Assembly (NCBI GenBank): GCA_964248365.1
Contig: CAXTYC010000004.1
Coordinates: forward strand, 204,453-268,452
Source of the DNA: an uncultured Chroococcidiopsis sp.
GTDB taxonomy: Bacteria; Cyanobacteriota; Cyanobacteriia; Cyanobacteriales; Chroococcidiopsidaceae
DNA: 64,000 nucleotides
Direction of reading: 5' to 3'
Both the position numbers and the translations under genes were made by a program. The notes beneath the pieces are model-generated. The model was not told where the DNA came from. It saw only the letters and a list, made by a program, of their open reading frames with translations, and searched no databases. Position 1 is the first letter of the stretch. Each line of letters opens with the position of its first letter. Below, one piece after another: positions 61,303 through 64,000 of this stretch.

Positions 61303-61762
61303 ATTAATATAGCAGCTGTGCAGAGAGTGAGTGCAAAAGGGAGATATAGCAGGGAGTAGGGAGAGTGTCCGATGGGGAGAGTGGGAGAGTGGGAGAGTGT
61401 CCGATGGGGAGATAAATATAATTACTTATCCTTTTCTTTTAACTGGTAACTGGTAACTGGTAACTGGTAACTGATTTCCCTTTTCCCTTTTCCCTTCTAC
61501 TTATATGTAGCAATATTAAACACAATTGTATAAATAAACTCAAGTAATTGTACTTAATTGATTTGAGTAAAAAAAAGGATAAAAATACCTATTTCTAATG
61601 GATTTATTTTTGTATTTCCAGAGACTGATGGAAAGTAAATAAACGAGTAGTTACCTAGAGAAAGTAACCAATTAAATATTCAGTAACAAAATTTCGCCTG
61701 AAGTTAAAAAGGCGAATTGAGCAAGTTTTGTTCAAGCACAAAAATAATTCAGGGAGACGGGA

Positions 61763-62728
61763 ATGTTTTATCACAAAAAGCAACTACAGTACTTCACACC
61801 ACCACAGAATCCCGATCCAATTTATGCCAAGAAGCTTCAGGAACTGATCGGCGGTCCTATGGGAGAGATGACCGTGATGATGCAGTACTTATTCCAGGGC
61901 TGGAACTGTCGGGGACCTGCCAAGTACCGAGATATGCTGCTGGACATCGGTACTGAGGAAATTGGTCACGTCGAGATGCTAGCTACGATGCTTGCCCATC
62001 TGCTGGATAAAGCACCGATCAAAATGCAAGAAGATGGTGCAAAAGACCCCGTAGTAGGTGCAGTTATGGGAGGTACTAATCCAAGGGATGTGATTACGGC
62101 GGCTATGAACCCAAAGCATACAATTGTTTCAGGTGGGGGTGCTATGCCTGAGGACAGCGTTGGTGTCGCTTGGAATGGTCGCTACATCATTGCCAGTGGC
62201 AACTTGTTGGCTGACTTCCGCTCTAATCTCCACGCTGAGTCTCAAGGTCTTTTACAGGCTGTACGGTTGTATGAGATGACAGACGACCCAGGAGTGAGAG
62301 ACCACCTCAGTTTCATGATCGCCCGTGACACCATGCACCAAAACCAGTGGCTAGCTGCGATTGAAGATCTGCAAAGCGAAGGATTTGAGGAAACTGTTGT
62401 TCCCAAGATTGCATATGAATATGGGAAGAAAGAGAATGCCTATCAATTCTGGAATAACTCGGAAGGTGAGCAAAGCGCCCAAGGTCGCTGGGCTAAAGGT
62501 CCTTCAATCGACGGTAAAGGCGAGTTTGAGTATGTGGCGAATCCTCAGCCTATAGGACCAGTACCAAACCCACCCCAGCCCGATCCAAGACTGCATGGCA
62601 CACCTATGGATAAATCTATGCAAGCCACACAGGGCGCATCAAATCCGATTCAAGGTGCAGCTGATGCAATTAAGGGCGCTGGTGAAACAATTAAGCGGAC
62701 TATCATCGGTGGTGAACAGTCAAGTTAG
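61763..62728 (+). CDS. Manganese catalase family protein
   Basis: KLQELIGGPMGE, DIGTEEIGHVE, DFRSNLHAE, ARDTMHQNQW. Confidence 0.93.
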   Translation: MFYHKKQLQYFTPPQNPDPIYAKKLQELIGGPMGEMTVMMQYLFQGWNCRGPAKYRDMLLDIGTEEIGHVEMLATMLAHLLDKAPIKMQEDGAKDPVVGAVMGGTNPRDVITAAMNPKHTIVSGGGAMPEDSVGVAWNGRYIIASGNLLADFRSNLHAESQGLLQAVRLYEMTDDPGVRDHLSFMIARDTMHQNQWLAAIEDLQSEGFEETVVPKIAYEYGKKENAYQFWNNSEGEQSAQGRWAKGPSIDGKGEFEYVANPQPIGPVPNPPQPDPRLHGTPMDKSMQATQGASNPIQGAADAIKGAGETIKRTIIGGEQSS

Positions 62729-62815
62729 TTTTGAGCAAGATCGCACTACGATAATTTATGTTAAGGGTGCGTAAGTCCTCTGAAAGTTAAGTAACACAAA
62801 ACCTAGTAGGTTAAT

Positions 62816-62843
62816 GCCTCGCTTTTAACGCGAGGCTTTTTTT
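62816..62843 (+). terminator. Intrinsic terminator after Mn-catalase
   Basis: GCCTCGC-N7-GCGAGGC followed by T7. Confidence 0.75.
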
Positions 62844-63126
62844 ATTCCTCTTTCGGCGTTGCACAAAGTAAAGAAGATAATGTCTCGCATAAATACGAAG
62901 TGGCTTCAAGGGAGAGTAAGCGCAAAGGCGCTAAGAGAAATAAAGTTGATTGTACAACGCCAAGATGGAATTGGAGAAAGTAAGCAGGTTCAAAGTGGAG
63001 CGATGTAGGTGCTAGTGCGATCGCATAATATGCATAATATATGGTAATTTTAGATCTTGCATCGAGGGATTGCCAGGAACGAAGGAACAATATTTATAAC
63101 TAGAACGCGGGGATAATTGATAATTG

Positions 63127-63921
63127 ATGATCAATGGACAGGAAATATTTCAGGTAGATGCTTTCACAAATCAACCTTTTGCAGGTAATCCAGCCGCCGT
63201 TTGTGTATTGCCTCAACCTGGAGATGCTAGCTGGATGCAGAATGTTGCCAGGGAGATGAATTTATCTGAAACAGCTTTCTTGCATAAACAAGTCGATGGC
63301 TTTAATCTCCGTTGGTTTACCCCAACTACTGAAGTCGATCTGTGCGGTCATGCTACCCTAGCAAGTGCTTATGTGTTGTGGAACAGAGGCTATTTACAGC
63401 CAGATGAACAAGCTTGGTTTCACACTCGTAGTGGACTTTTGAGTGCAAAGTGTGACTCAGATTGGATAGAGTTGGATTTCCCCGCCAAAGTTCCGACTAA
63501 ATTAGATACATCTGTGGATGATCTAATTAAGGCTATAGGAGCTACACCTAAATATGTGGGGAAAAATCAAATGGATTATCTGCTAGAGTTAGATTCTGAG
63601 GAAACTGTCAAAAACCTCAAACCGAACTTTAACTTACTGAAAACTTTGCCTGTTCGGGGTATAATTGTTACTAGCAAGGCGACTGAAGAATATGATTTTG
63701 TCTCTCGATTTTTTGCGCCTGCTGTGGGAATTGATGAAGATCCTGTTACAGGATCTGCACACTGCTGTCTTGGTCCTTACTGGCGCGATCGCTTGGGTAA
63801 AGATGATTTTATAGCTTATCAAGCTTCGGCAAGGGGTGGGGTGATTAAAGTCAGTTGTCGTGGCGAAAGAGTTTTACTGGGTGGACAAGCAGTTCTAGTT
63901 TTGCAGGGAGAACTACAATAA
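63127..63921 (+). CDS. PhzF family isomerase
   Basis: VDAFT..F.GNPAAV, NLSETAF, EVDLCGHATLA, EDPVTGSA. Confidence 0.92.
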   Translation: MINGQEIFQVDAFTNQPFAGNPAAVCVLPQPGDASWMQNVAREMNLSETAFLHKQVDGFNLRWFTPTTEVDLCGHATLASAYVLWNRGYLQPDEQAWFHTRSGLLSAKCDSDWIELDFPAKVPTKLDTSVDDLIKAIGATPKYVGKNQMDYLLELDSEETVKNLKPNFNLLKTLPVRGIIVTSKATEEYDFVSRFFAPAVGIDEDPVTGSAHCCLGPYWRDRLGKDDFIAYQASARGGVIKVSCRGERVLLGGQAVLVLQGELQ

Positions 63922-64000
63922 CCCGCAACAATTATCTATGAACAATTGGTAGTGTTCTAGATGAGTGGTTTAAGACTCAAATCAGTAGACCAAACTCAAG

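Overview
Cyanobacterial chromosome segment, judged from abundant HIP1 GCGATCGC, heptamer STRR-type tandem repeats, GTAG-type REP/SDR palindromes, ntcA, CP12 and a helical carotenoid protein. The stress-gene content suggests a terrestrial, desiccation-tolerant lineage (inference). The left part holds the 3' end of hemW, tRNA-Val(TAC), a GH63 glycosidase, a Uma2 gene destroyed by an internally deleted IS6, recQ, SemiSWEET, a radical SAM gene, CP12, an operon of two cytoplasmic HtrA-like proteases plus a pseudo-receiver LuxR regulator, and two CAP genes. Next come an acyl-CoA dehydrogenase-like/PIG-L/NodS-methyltransferase/GT2 cluster, tandem tspO, and an osmoprotectant ABC transporter split by a Uma2 gene. 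The core block is carotenoid oxygenase, folate transporter, hisB, fabI, ntcA, DUF3084, yqgF and DUF3146. The right part (about 46.7-62.8 kb) is a dense general-stress island: HCP, DUF6335, DUF2267, a PfpI-ferritin fusion, SRPBCC, three intact and one truncated Zn-dehydrogenase, SDR, MRJP, Tat-exported Gfo, cupin and Mn-catalase. The most notable new signal is a recurring 16-bp imperfect palindrome (about TCTATC-N4-GATAGA) lying 22-23 nt upstream of a -10 hexamer in front of five separate stress-type loci. It suggests an uncharacterised regulon that includes the orphan ACAD/PIG-L/NodS/GT2 pathway. All family calls come from motif recognition by eye; no database searches were run.
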